A DNA stretch of 64,000 nucleotides from Rhodothermales bacterium (GTDB taxonomy: Bacteria > Bacteroidota > Rhodothermia > Rhodothermales > Bin80). The DNA is taken from positions 851,655 through 915,654 of the forward strand of contig OZ220707.1 in the NCBI GenBank assembly GCA_965116685.1, in the 5' to 3' direction. The first letter of the stretch is position 1; every line of letters begins with the position of its first letter. Below the pieces are notes generated by a model. The model saw nothing but the letters and a program-made list of their open reading frames with translations. It was not told the DNA's origin and did not search any database. Positions 9,991 through 20,025 of this stretch are shown piece by piece. The position numbers and the translations under genes are program-made.

Positions 9991-11442
9991 ATGGGACAAG
10001 TTGGAGTTCAACTCTCTCCTCTAAGGATCTACCGCACCGGGAATGCCTTGATCGTGGCTGGGTTCATTCTCGGCCTAGGGCTGACTTTTGCCCTTGCCAG
10101 TACCGGATCTGTCCCATATTTAATCGTACTACCTGCAGCGGTTCTAGGAGTTGTCACAGTAGGAATTTTACTTGCATACCCCCTCCTCAATCTGATGATA
10201 GCGATTTTGGGGTTTGTGCTGATGGCCTCCAATGAAGCGGGTTTTCAAGTAATTGAGATCGCCTATGCAGCCTATCTTTTTGCATTCCTCCTGACGTGGT
10301 TTTTCCGCCATGCGATTTCTGGACGATCTGAGATCCTGACCGAAAAACCTGACTTGGCACTGGCCCTGTTCCTGGGGCTACTTCCAGCAACTTTGATCCT
10401 GACATATTTCTTCCATGGGGATTTTCTGGTAGCATTCAGCGAGTTAATTTCGCTCTCGATGTTACTGGTCTACTTCCCAGTCAAACATGCGGTTGTTCAT
10501 CACCGGACAGGTCCAAAACTCATACTCATTACAGTGGTCGCCATGAGTGTTTTAGTAGCGATTGTAAATTCGTTTGAATATGCATCGGACCTATCAAATG
10601 CTACACATTTATCGCATATTGCTGGATCACGAGTGGTTGAGAACGACGCACTACTCACGATTGGTGCACTCATGAGTCTGACCCTTCTTGTTTATGCCCG
10701 AAGCCCTATTTCACTGCTACTTTCTGCGAGCGCCGTGGCACTCACATTTGCTGGATTGATCATGACACAGGCCCGGGGAGCCTGGCTGGCGTTTATGCTT
10801 GGAATGTTCGTCCTCATTCTACTTGTCCGCACTCCAGAACGAGTCAAAATACTGACGATTGGCACCATTATCAGTGTCCTGATCCTTGGCATCGGGTATA
10901 TCCTGATCGGCCCATTCCTGAATGTAGTCATTGAGGGGATTGTCGAACGGTTTGGAACGATTGCTACATCATTCACCCAAGATCTGTCTCTTGTGAACCG
11001 ATTCCGCGAGACCCAGGCAGTTTTGGAGAGAATTGTATTGAATCCCCTGATCGGATACGGACCTGGTGTCTCCTATGTGTTTTACGACATCGTCCATCAA
11101 TCAACCGACACGGATTCGTTTGTGCATAATGGATATATCGGCCTCTGGTACAAATATGGCCTTTGGGGGCTCGGACTGGTTCTATATTTCTGGTATTCGA
11201 CTGTTAAACTGGGACTGCGTGCATTTCGGAGTGATGCGACGGATTACTGGACCCGTTTGGCTGGCTTAGCAGGTGCCATCCCCCTTGTCGCATTGACAAT
11301 TACCACCCTGGTGGGGAATCCATTTTTTCTGAAGAATCAGTTATTTATCATTGCCATCGCGGCAGGATTAGCAGTCGGCGCCGGTGAACGATCGTCAAAT
11401 CTGACGGCTACTTCATCTGTTGCAACTAAAAACCATACTTAG
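9991..11442 (+). CDS. O-antigen ligase / Wzy-like polymerase family membrane protein
   Basis: About 10-12 predicted TM helices with a Wzy_C-like loop (MTQARGAWLAF). Sits within an EPS locus. Confidence 0.7.
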   Translation: MGQVGVQLSPLRIYRTGNALIVAGFILGLGLTFALASTGSVPYLIVLPAAVLGVVTVGILLAYPLLNLMIAILGFVLMASNEAGFQVIEIAYAAYLFAFLLTWFFRHAISGRSEILTEKPDLALALFLGLLPATLILTYFFHGDFLVAFSELISLSMLLVYFPVKHAVVHHRTGPKLILITVVAMSVLVAIVNSFEYASDLSNATHLSHIAGSRVVENDALLTIGALMSLTLLVYARSPISLLLSASAVALTFAGLIMTQARGAWLAFMLGMFVLILLVRTPERVKILTIGTIISVLILGIGYILIGPFLNVVIEGIVERFGTIATSFTQDLSLVNRFRETQAVLERIVLNPLIGYGPGVSYVFYDIVHQSTDTDSFVHNGYIGLWYKYGLWGLGLVLYFWYSTVKLGLRAFRSDATDYWTRLAGLAGAIPLVALTITTLVGNPFFLKNQLFIIAIAAGLAVGAGERSSNLTATSSVATKNHT

Positions 11443-11661
11443 ACATCTTGCATAGATTTACCCTCTCAACTGAATTATTGGATTCTATCCTCCGTACGAC
11501 GAGGGGTTGTGTAAAGTCAATGGTGCATCGAATCTTAAACTCCATATACGTACTGCTGCTGATACGTACGGCACCCGGGCAGTACCCGGAGAATGAACCA
11601 GTTATTTATGGTTGACCTGATTAGTCAACCATGAGATCTCATGCTTTTGAACTGTTGAATC

Positions 11662-12837
11662 ATGCGAGTACTGATCCACGATTTCGGGGCTTATGCCTTC
11701 CCGGTTACGCTGAGCCAAGCTCTTCAGGATCGCGGATATGAAGTTGGACACGCCTATTGTGACAGTCTCATCACAACCCCTCAAAATGTAAGTGCGGGTT
11801 CTGCTGATTTCACGCTCCTACCTGTCCAGACATCTCGCCCACTCAACAAATACAATCTCGTCCAGCGATGGATTCAGGAACAGGAATACGGGCGGCTGGC
11901 TACTCGTGTCATTCTGGATTTTAACCCGGATGTCGTGATTTCTGCAAATGCACCCCTAAATGCACAGGAACGCATTCTGAGATCATGCAAGCAAAATAGT
12001 ATTCCATTTGTGTTTTGGCTGCAGGACCTGATTGGATTGGCAACTTCAAGAGTACTGAAATCAAAGCTCCCTCTTTTCTCTTCAGTCATCGGCCGCTACT
12101 TCCAGTCGCTTGAGGGACGATTGCTTCGAAAGAGTGATGCCGTAATTTTGATCACGGAGGATTTTACTCCTGCCCTCCAGAAGTTCGGGATTGCATCTGA
12201 CCGCTGTCATGTGATTGAAAACTGGGGCACTCTGGATCGATTTGAAGGCGACCCTTCGACATGGGCGCGAAAAAATGAACTCAATCGGTGCCCCATTCTA
12301 CTTTATGCGGGTACATTGAGTATGAAGCACAACCCTGCTACCCTGCTGCATCTTGCACAGCAGATTGGTAACCGTGCTCAAATTGTGGTCGTTTCGCAAG
12401 GAGCAGGAGCAGATTGGCTTACGAAAACGATTACTGAGCATAATCTTAATAACCTGACGGTTCTACCCTACCAGGAAGTAGATCAACTACCTGCGGTATA
12501 CGCCAGTGCACAAATACTTCTGGTTTTACTCACCGAAGATGCAGGGCAGTTTTCCGTGCCATCAAAAGTATTGACCTGTCTCTGCGCAGGCCGGCCAATT
12601 CTTGCCGCCATCCCCAGAGAAAATCTGGCAGCACGAATAATTAAGGACTCAGGAGCAGGGTTTATTACGGATCCAAATGATCATGTTGAGTTTGTTCAGA
12701 AAGCTCAACTGCTTCTCAATGAACCAGAGTTATGTCAGTCCATGGGCGAAAACGCTCGAAAATGGGCAGATGAACAATTTGAGATCGGTAAAATCACCGA
12801 TCAGTTTGAGCATGTCCTTAAGCAGGCATCTACATGA
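11662..12837 (+). CDS. Glycosyltransferase family 4 (GT-B, WcaI-like)
   Basis: 391-aa GT-B type protein. The C-terminal half has the GT1/GT4 nucleotide-sugar binding pattern. Sits within an EPS locus. Confidence 0.8.
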   Translation: MRVLIHDFGAYAFPVTLSQALQDRGYEVGHAYCDSLITTPQNVSAGSADFTLLPVQTSRPLNKYNLVQRWIQEQEYGRLATRVILDFNPDVVISANAPLNAQERILRSCKQNSIPFVFWLQDLIGLATSRVLKSKLPLFSSVIGRYFQSLEGRLLRKSDAVILITEDFTPALQKFGIASDRCHVIENWGTLDRFEGDPSTWARKNELNRCPILLYAGTLSMKHNPATLLHLAQQIGNRAQIVVVSQGAGADWLTKTITEHNLNNLTVLPYQEVDQLPAVYASAQILLVLLTEDAGQFSVPSKVLTCLCAGRPILAAIPRENLAARIIKDSGAGFITDPNDHVEFVQKAQLLLNEPELCQSMGENARKWADEQFEIGKITDQFEHVLKQAST

Positions 12838-14000
12838 ACCGCCCGATTGCCTATGTAGCACGTTTCGTGCCTGAATATCGACGTCCCATTCTAGAAAAAC
12901 TGAATGAACAATTGGATGGACGGCTCATTGTGTGCGCAGGTACTTCCCGTGACACTTCTTTCAAAGATTTATCCCGTGGCCCTGCCCCAGGCTATCGGCG
13001 CATTGATCTAAAAAATAGATGGATCGGCAACCAAAGGGCATTGATCCAAAATTCGTGCCCTATTTTTGGATGCAATCCCATTGTAATTCTGGCAGAGGAA
13101 TCGCCCCGTACGGTCTCGCTACCCTGGTTACTGGCGACTGCTCGGTTAAAACAGATTGGCACCTTGCTATGGGGGCATTTTTCATCGAATCGGCGAGCAT
13201 TTTCCGAGCGAAATCTGCTTGATCGCTACCGAATCGCTTTGGCAAAACGTGTGGATGGGTGCGTCTGCTATACCGATGAAATCGCGGACCTAATCCGCCC
13301 CCATGTACCTGCTGAACGCCGTTTTATTGCCCGCAACACATTGGACACGGACGAACTGTTCCAGATACATAAGACCTTGGAGGCGGAGGGGAAAGAACAT
13401 GTTCGGGCCCGCCTTGGCATACCTATGCAAGGAAAGACGATGGTATTTATTGGACGCCTTGTCGCTGATAAGAAACCCGAAGTGCTGCTCAATCTGCACA
13501 AGAAGTTATGCACAAAAGAAAAGACCACACTCATTATCATTGGAGATGGCCCGGAGCGGAATCGGCTAATAGCTCAGGCCCAAGATGAAGACCTAGGAAA
13601 TGTATTCTTCCCGGGAACACTCACAAAGCTCGAAGACTCTGCACCCTGGATGTATGCAGCAGATGTAATGGTTTGCCCAGGATATGTCGGGTTAAATGTG
13701 AACCATGCATTTTGTCTGGGCCTCCCTGTGGTTACCTGTAGCAGTCCTGACCCACAAATCCGCTATCACAGCCCGGAGATCGCTTACCTGAAAACCGGTG
13801 TAAACGGCGTGCTGGCTCCTTACGGTGATCTCGATTCTCTTGTGAAAGCAACTCTGACTGTATTAGAAGATCAAGAGCGCTTCTCATCCCAGGCATACGA
13901 GTATGCACAATCACATCTACAATTACAGGGAATGATTGTCGGCTTAGTCCAAGCCATTGAGCATGCGGAGTCCTGTGCATTACATAAACAACCCCTATAG
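12834..14000 (+). CDS. Glycosyltransferase family 4
   Basis: 4-nt overlap with the upstream glycosyltransferase. Motifs FIGRLVADKKPEVLL and GLPVVT are typical of GT4. Confidence 0.8.
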   Translation: MNRPIAYVARFVPEYRRPILEKLNEQLDGRLIVCAGTSRDTSFKDLSRGPAPGYRRIDLKNRWIGNQRALIQNSCPIFGCNPIVILAEESPRTVSLPWLLATARLKQIGTLLWGHFSSNRRAFSERNLLDRYRIALAKRVDGCVCYTDEIADLIRPHVPAERRFIARNTLDTDELFQIHKTLEAEGKEHVRARLGIPMQGKTMVFIGRLVADKKPEVLLNLHKKLCTKEKTTLIIIGDGPERNRLIAQAQDEDLGNVFFPGTLTKLEDSAPWMYAADVMVCPGYVGLNVNHAFCLGLPVVTCSSPDPQIRYHSPEIAYLKTGVNGVLAPYGDLDSLVKATLTVLEDQERFSSQAYEYAQSHLQLQGMIVGLVQAIEHAESCALHKQPL

Positions 14001-14125
14001 CGAACCCTGAACCTACCAGTAAATTAATTCCACGAACCTTGAGATTGTTGTCCTACATTGGGTAATACTTTTACAATGTACCTCATTGAGAACAAGACAC
14101 ATCTCATTCAAGGGAGAGCTGATAA

Positions 14126-15331
14126 ATGAATATGCCGCACACTGTTCTTTTTGACCTGAATGCTGGCGGCCATCACGGCCAGTATGTAAAACAGCTCACG
14201 CAATATTGGTGTGCGCGAACATTTCCAGGCCACCTATCCATTATGGTCACGCCCTCGCTCTTGAAAAAGCACTCCGACCTAATTGAGCTAGTCAAGCGAT
14301 GTGATCGCGCTGATATCCGGGAATTGCCCAAGTGCCCCTCGTCAGGAAACCTTGTCCAGACTGCCAGAATGCAGGGGCACATTCTTAAAAATTCTCTGAA
14401 CGAGTTGAGGCCTTCACACTGCCTGCTTTTGGATTTTGACTTGTTCCAACTCCCTCTCGCATTCGGACTCAGGTTCAAGTATCCAATTTCAATTTCAGGA
14501 ATATATTTTCGACCCTTTTTACGTTCTGAGCATCTGGTCGGACTTCAAACTGGCCTTGGTGATTTTGCACGATATATGCGTAAACGTGTTGTTTTGGCCG
14601 CGGCGCTTCGCAATCCACATTTTAAGTGTCTTTTCAGCCTTGACCCGTACTTTGCAGAAGAGTACAACTCTTCCACTGCATGTGTTCTTCCGCTTCCAGA
14701 CGGCGTTGAGCCGCAGCTTCCTTCAGCCAGTCCATCAGAGACACGGCGTAAGTGGGGTGTGGAATCTGGACGCAGATTGGCACTCTTTTTTGGCAGTTTA
14801 GCCAAACGCAAAGGCATCATTTAGACGTTGGATGCAGTCCGCCTACTTTCCCCCGAGAATCAAACCAAACTGTGCCTGGCATTGGTCGGAACAGTGGCAC
14901 CTGCTGATCAACACGCACTAATGGAACAGCTTGACATCTTAAAAAAATCATCCAGAGTGCAGATAATAAAGGCGTTGCGATTTGTATCCGATACAGAGAT
15001 GATCAACCTATTTTCTGCCTCTGACCTCATTTTGTTGCCCTATCAGCGACACGCCGGATCCAGTGGCATTCTGGTTCGCGCTGCACAGGCTGGTAAACCG
15101 GTATTGGGAAGCAATTACGGACTTATTGGGCGTTATATTCGCGATTTCGAACTCGGCATTCGTGTCGAATCTTCTATGTCCGTTGACATAGCCAGCGGCA
15201 TGTCGCAGTGGTTGGAATCACCGCAGAACTTTCCATTTGATGCAAAAAAAGCTTCCACCTTTGGTGAGCATCATACAGCCGAGCGCTTTTCTGAAGTGAT
15301 ATTTAGCCAGATTTATGATCAACCCCCTTAA
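14126..15331 (+). pseudogene. Glycosyltransferase (GT-B) interrupted by one in-frame TAG at 14822-14824
   Basis: ORFs 14126..14824 and 14828..15331 share a reading frame. The stop falls inside the conserved GT motif: FFGSLAKRKGII-stop-TLDAVRLL. The C-terminal half has the typical GT1 tail. Confidence 0.65.
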
Positions 15332-15527
15332 CTCGATCTTAACCCAAGTTTAGGGATTGACTCGCCGGGTGGGGGGATGCGTAATTCCCCCATACTTGGA
15401 ACTTCCTATATTTGGGAGATTGCATGCTTTTCGCAAATACTAGTTACTACTTCTGTGCCCAAGGCTTAAAGGTCGGATAAAGCCTTTATTTCGCCACGGT
15501 TAAAGAGCACACAACCTACTTGCATCC

Positions 15528-17444
15528 ATGTGCAAAGCAAATATGATTCCTGTGAAACGTCTACTTTATCTGATAGTGATGTGTCATTGTATGGTGCTCA
15601 TTGCAGGTCCACGAGAGATATACGCGCAATTGCCGAGTCAGGGTGTGATCTTCGACGACTTTGAATACACAAGCACCACATGGTGTTCGGAAGTAGATGA
15701 CACATGCGAGGGCTACCCAAATAGACAGCCTCCTTCAGAATCGGTGTTTGGACGAAACGTCTGGCACACGAATACAAGTGGTGACACTACGAACGCACGA
15801 GCTTGGTACCAGTACCTCTGGCAAGAACTAGATTATCTAGAGTATCAGGACACGCTCTCTTCGCTCAATGTGAATGGTAATGGCTATCATCATTTAATTT
15901 TCCGAGCAGATTCAGGCTCCTATGGGGGTCATGAAAGCGATGAAACTATATCATCTAGACAAATTATCTCTGGTTTCACGGCTCGACGAGGTACTTGGGC
16001 GGCGCGTGTCAATTTCGGTGACATGGAGCCTGCTACCGTCGCCGGTTTTGTTCAGGCGTTTTGGACGCTTAGCCTTGCCCACGGAAAAGCAACTGATGGC
16101 TCAATACGATGGAACGAGTTTGATTTCGAATGGAATAACCAATTCAACGATACTACACAAACGTACCACTATCTCAGAACCGGGCACACAGCGGGAGGCA
16201 TAAGTAGTGCGAATGCCAGCACGAGCCATGAACCGCTGTTCGGCCCCGCATGGCCCAATCGTGGTGCAGGTAGTGGTAGTCCGAAAATTCATGATTGGTC
16301 GTGTAAATTCTTCTGGGGAGCTTACGAGTCCGTAAGCCTACTTGACGGACAGGACTGCTCCCGGTTAATAAATCAGGATACAGTGGAGATTGTAACTGAG
16401 CAGGATACAGTCAGATACACACCACTCCATGATCCAGAGATGACTCTTATCCTTCAGATCACTGACAGCACAGTCTTTTACGACATTGCCCCAGACGGCT
16501 GGGGTGGTACCCTCGTAGCCCACTCGGAGATCAGCAATCGCGTCTCCAACCTCCCAATGGCAACCTTATTCAGCCAATACATCGAAAGCGGATCGAAGAT
16601 AGATACCACGGAAAATTATTCGGTGGATTGGTTCTATTACTCACCAAGTACAACGACCAACATCAATGAGGTGAAAGAACACGTCACTTACCTGCGAAAT
16701 ACGGTGTCTACATCCCGCTTTAACAACACAGGCATTGGTCTGGAACGTCCATTTGCACATCTGCCCGGTATCGTGTCTGATTCGTCTAAATCTAATAGAG
16801 CAAATCGGACCACCCCACTCTCGCTTGACTTCAGTCTTAATCCCACCTATATGGTGCCTGGAAGCACAACTACCCTTGTTGCACTTCCACCTCTTAGACA
16901 TGGATTTTATCAATATAAATGGAGATATCGACAACGTTATTCAGATGATTCTCTCTCGGAATGGTTTTCTCTAATAACCACAAATCCTGGTGGATGGGAA
17001 ACAACATTTACATTTCCATCAGGTGTTGAAACTGTCGAATTCAAGGTGCGGCTTGAGGAATTGGAAAGTCCAAGCAACCCAGTCGTCCTTGATAACGACA
17101 CAGTAAAACCTATTACTGAAACATTCGTTATTTTCGCTTATAATGATGCCTCCGCAGGTGGAAAAACAAATCTCGTATCAGGGTTGGTCGGTCTCGAACA
17201 GAACTACCCGAACCCGTTCAATCCGGCTACAAAAATTCACTTCGGCATTCCCGAGCCGGGGCATGTCACTCTTGTTATTTCTGATATTCTGGGACGGGAA
17301 GTCGCACGGCTGGTAGATGAACAAGTGAATGCGGGCCGTCATCAAGTGACATGGGATGCCTCCAGCTTCCCTAGTGGCGTATACATTTATTACTTGCGAA
17401 CTCCTGTACTCACCCAGACCAGAACGATGGTGTTGACGAAGTAG
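15528..17444 (+). CDS. Secreted T9SS-sorted protein with a possible GH16-like (concanavalin-like) catalytic domain
   Basis: N-terminal signal peptide. The C-terminal ~80 aa match the Por-secretion tail pattern (NYPNPFNPATKIHF...SGVYIYYL). WNEFDFEW fits the GH16 E-x-D-x-E motif, but this is a weak motif-only call. Confidence 0.65.
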   Translation: MCKANMIPVKRLLYLIVMCHCMVLIAGPREIYAQLPSQGVIFDDFEYTSTTWCSEVDDTCEGYPNRQPPSESVFGRNVWHTNTSGDTTNARAWYQYLWQELDYLEYQDTLSSLNVNGNGYHHLIFRADSGSYGGHESDETISSRQIISGFTARRGTWAARVNFGDMEPATVAGFVQAFWTLSLAHGKATDGSIRWNEFDFEWNNQFNDTTQTYHYLRTGHTAGGISSANASTSHEPLFGPAWPNRGAGSGSPKIHDWSCKFFWGAYESVSLLDGQDCSRLINQDTVEIVTEQDTVRYTPLHDPEMTLILQITDSTVFYDIAPDGWGGTLVAHSEISNRVSNLPMATLFSQYIESGSKIDTTENYSVDWFYYSPSTTTNINEVKEHVTYLRNTVSTSRFNNTGIGLERPFAHLPGIVSDSSKSNRANRTTPLSLDFSLNPTYMVPGSTTTLVALPPLRHGFYQYKWRYRQRYSDDSLSEWFSLITTNPGGWETTFTFPSGVETVEFKVRLEELESPSNPVVLDNDTVKPITETFVIFAYNDASAGGKTNLVSGLVGLEQNYPNPFNPATKIHFGIPEPGHVTLVISDILGREVARLVDEQVNAGRHQVTWDASSFPSGVYIYYLRTPVLTQTRTMVLTK

Positions 17445-17546
17445 TTTTGCTTCCTTCTAAACTACTCCCAGAAAATCGTCAATCGCTATTCAATATTACA
17501 ATACAGGCGTGTTTGTATCCAATTCTTTCGCAGATACTATCAAACA

Positions 17547-17830
17547 GGCTCTTCGCTTTTATGAGTGGGCAATCTGTTTTTGGGAGCCTTCAGGATACAG
17601 ATCCAGTCCACCGAGATAGAAGTAAATTGCATTTGCCAACCGCTTGGTATTTTGGAATCCGCGGCAGCGGACTTTGATTATTTTGATTCGACTGTTGATG
17701 CGTTCCGCTGGTCCAGTACTGACTTTGAAGATGAATGCATTGAGAATTCCCCAAAGGTATTTTCTGATCGTCTTGGCAACTTTAACCATGGCTTCAAGCC
17801 GACAATGTAAGGCCCGGGCAACCATTTTTT
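17547..17830 (-). mobile_element. Remnant (3' end only) of a second ISL3-family IS in inverted orientation, truncated by the larger ISL3 element
   Basis: Minus-strand ORF 17559..17825 is an ISL3 transposase C-terminus (...RCRGFQNTKRLANAIYFYLGGLDLYP). Terminal IR-like GGCTCTTCGC begins at 17547. Confidence 0.7.
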
Positions 17831-17893
17831 GGTTCTACCGCAATTTGTGTGGAACGATTAAATTTAGGTCCCACCAAAATATAGCTTATATCA

Positions 17894-18593
17894 ATGGAAC
17901 CTTATCTGGACTTGACGCGACTCACCTTGGGATTGGGGGAGGACTGGACGATTGACAAGGCGCTTCTGGATGAGCAGATTCAGCGGATGGACATCTACAT
18001 ATCTCATTCGGGAGGTGCGTTGATTTGTCCCGAGACGAGCGAGACGGGGACGCTCTATGATCATGGAACGGAGCGGACATGACGGCACTTGGATTGCTAT
18101 GAATTCAAGTATTTTGTACATCGCCAGGTTCCCCGGATTCAGTCGTCTGCGGGCGTGAAGACGATCCAGACTCCCTGGCAACGGCGTCGAGTCGGTTTAC
18201 CAGTGTGTTTGAGTGCTGGACGATTCATTTACTGAAAGCAACCAAGAACCAGACGAAGACGGCCCAGCTGCTTCGTCGTAAGTTTGACACGGTCAACCGC
18301 ATCCTGCACCGCAGTGTATCGTGTGGGATGAAGCGCAGGCCGCTGGACGAGATTGCATATGTGAGTGTAGACGAGAAGGCATTTCAGCATGGACATCGCT
18401 ATGCAACGATTGTCAGTGATTCGAGGCGTGGGGTCGTGATTGATGTTGGGGAAGGCCGGGACAAAGCCAGTGCAAAAACTCTGTTAGGCCGCCTTCTGGT
18501 ACAGAAAAAGGGAACGGTCCAGACGATTACGACGGATATGTGGAGGGCCTACATTACCGCGATCCAGAAGCTGTTTCCCACGGCCATCCTGAT
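17894..18593 (+). pseudogene. ISL3 transposase, N-terminal and central part (degenerate)
   Basis: TGA at 18080-18082 lies where the ISL3 consensus has Trp (ERT-stop-RHLD). There is a frameshift before SRFTSVFECW. The DDE_Tnp_ISL3 core (VSVDEKAF...TTDMWRAYITAIQKLFPTAIL) ends abruptly at 18593. Confidence 0.8.
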
Positions 18594-18747
18594 ATCGCGG
18601 TAGGGACCCGGATTGCTCCCACAAGCGCTAACTTGTTTGATTAAGAAAATATTTTTCAATCTGAGGTTTTCTTTTACGGTTAGATCCTCAAGTCCATTCG
18701 AGATCATTTTCCAATCTCGAATCATGGTCTCCAGACCACATGAAGGC

Positions 18748-19923
18748 TCAATCGCCCGAGTTACTTGATTCAAGGCGAACTTGAAGTTTTTCCAAGGGCT
18801 CGTTTGGAATGCGGTAGCCCCAGGGGGAAAAAGTTCGTGCATGACGAACGATTTTTTCCGTGAGCAGTGCCACCAAGAACTTTCCGTAAAGCCAGGCCTT
18901 CGCACTCTCTTGGTCATATTTCGGTAAATGACCAAATTGAGACAATGATTTGAATCGTTTGAATACGAGTTCAACCTGCCACCTCAGGCGATACCAATCA
19001 AGCACCTGCGATGCAGAAAATTGATCTGCTGGAAATGTGGTAAATACAATGACATAGCGCGCAAAGCGTAGCGTTTGTTCCATGGGCTTTGTTCCATGGT
19101 TTTGGGCATCCTTGCGAATTTTCTTGCAGGCCTTCTGGGCCGCTTCCTCTGTTTTCCGAAGGACACAAACACGCCCCGGTACCGGAGGATCCGACCCGAC
19201 GTACACCTTCCATTCCCCAATTGCACCAATGCGGGTGATGGACTCCACCGCACGCAACAGATCAAAGGATGTGTCAGGCTTCGTATGGAAATGGAGCGTA
19301 CCCGTATTCACACGAACGGTGACATACCCACCAGATTTTGTCACGTATTGCACGCCGCTGGCCGTTGCATAGACACGGTCCGCCAGAATATAATCCCCAG
19401 AATGAACCGGAAATTGTTTGAATGATTCGCCGGTTCCCTTTCCCTTGGTTGGAGTAAGTTTGAAGAAATCGCACCCAAAGGAAGGCAGGGCTACGCTATA
19501 ATGTATGCGCCACTGCGACCCAGTTCGTCCAGGCTCGCAGACCACCGTGGCATCAAACGCACGTACTTGATGCTTCGTATCACCAGAGATCGTGCTCCCA
19601 TGTTCCTCAAATAGTGCCTTGCAGAGTGCAGAAAGCCAGTCCCGAGATTTGCGTAGACGTTTGAGCAGCGCTACATCCGATAGCTCGGCCAGATTTGCCT
19701 GACGAGCTCGTACCACGGTTTCACGTAGGGAATGCCCGCATCCCAAATGGATAAGCAGCGTTCGCAGAAGGGCCTCTGGAGACTTATCCTTACGCAGTCC
19801 GCGTAAGGCGCCCGTATCCGCTGCTAAATCCTTCCAGTTCTCGGGCAGAAACGAAAGCAAGACACCCCAGTCCTCACTAATCGGTGCCGTCGTAACGGTT
19901 CGCTTCATGAAAATTCCGATCAA
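18748..19923 (-). CDS. IS4-family DDE transposase
   Basis: Carries the IS4 Y-(2)-R-(3)-E-(6)-K signature YRLRWQVELVFKRFK. The ORF is uninterrupted. The probable ATG start is at 19908; the track start at 19923 is a TTG. Confidence 0.85.
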   Translation of the reverse strand: MIGIFMKRTVTTAPISEDWGVLLSFLPENWKDLAADTGALRGLRKDKSPEALLRTLLIHLGCGHSLRETVVRARQANLAELSDVALLKRLRKSRDWLSALCKALFEEHGSTISGDTKHQVRAFDATVVCEPGRTGSQWRIHYSVALPSFGCDFFKLTPTKGKGTGESFKQFPVHSGDYILADRVYATASGVQYVTKSGGYVTVRVNTGTLHFHTKPDTSFDLLRAVESITRIGAIGEWKVYVGSDPPVPGRVCVLRKTEEAAQKACKKIRKDAQNHGTKPMEQTLRFARYVIVFTTFPADQFSASQVLDWYRLRWQVELVFKRFKSLSQFGHLPKYDQESAKAWLYGKFLVALLTEKIVRHARTFSPWGYRIPNEPLEKLQVRLESSNSGD

Positions 19924-19927
19924 GTTC

Positions 19928-20025
19928 GAGGTTCTTGCAAAACTCTTCTACAATCCGAATAATATACCCGTAGACACTCTCAGAGCAATATTCGCCTCCA
20001 AATGAGAGAGTTTTGCAAGAGGCTC
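19928..20025. mobile_element. 98-bp MITE, copy 1, in the 5' leader of the IS4 transposase gene
   Basis: About 90% identical by eye to 59210-59307. Terminal inverted repeats are GAGGTTCTTGCAAAACTCT / AGAGTTTTGCAAGAGGCTC. Flanked by the direct repeat AGTTC. Confidence 0.8.
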
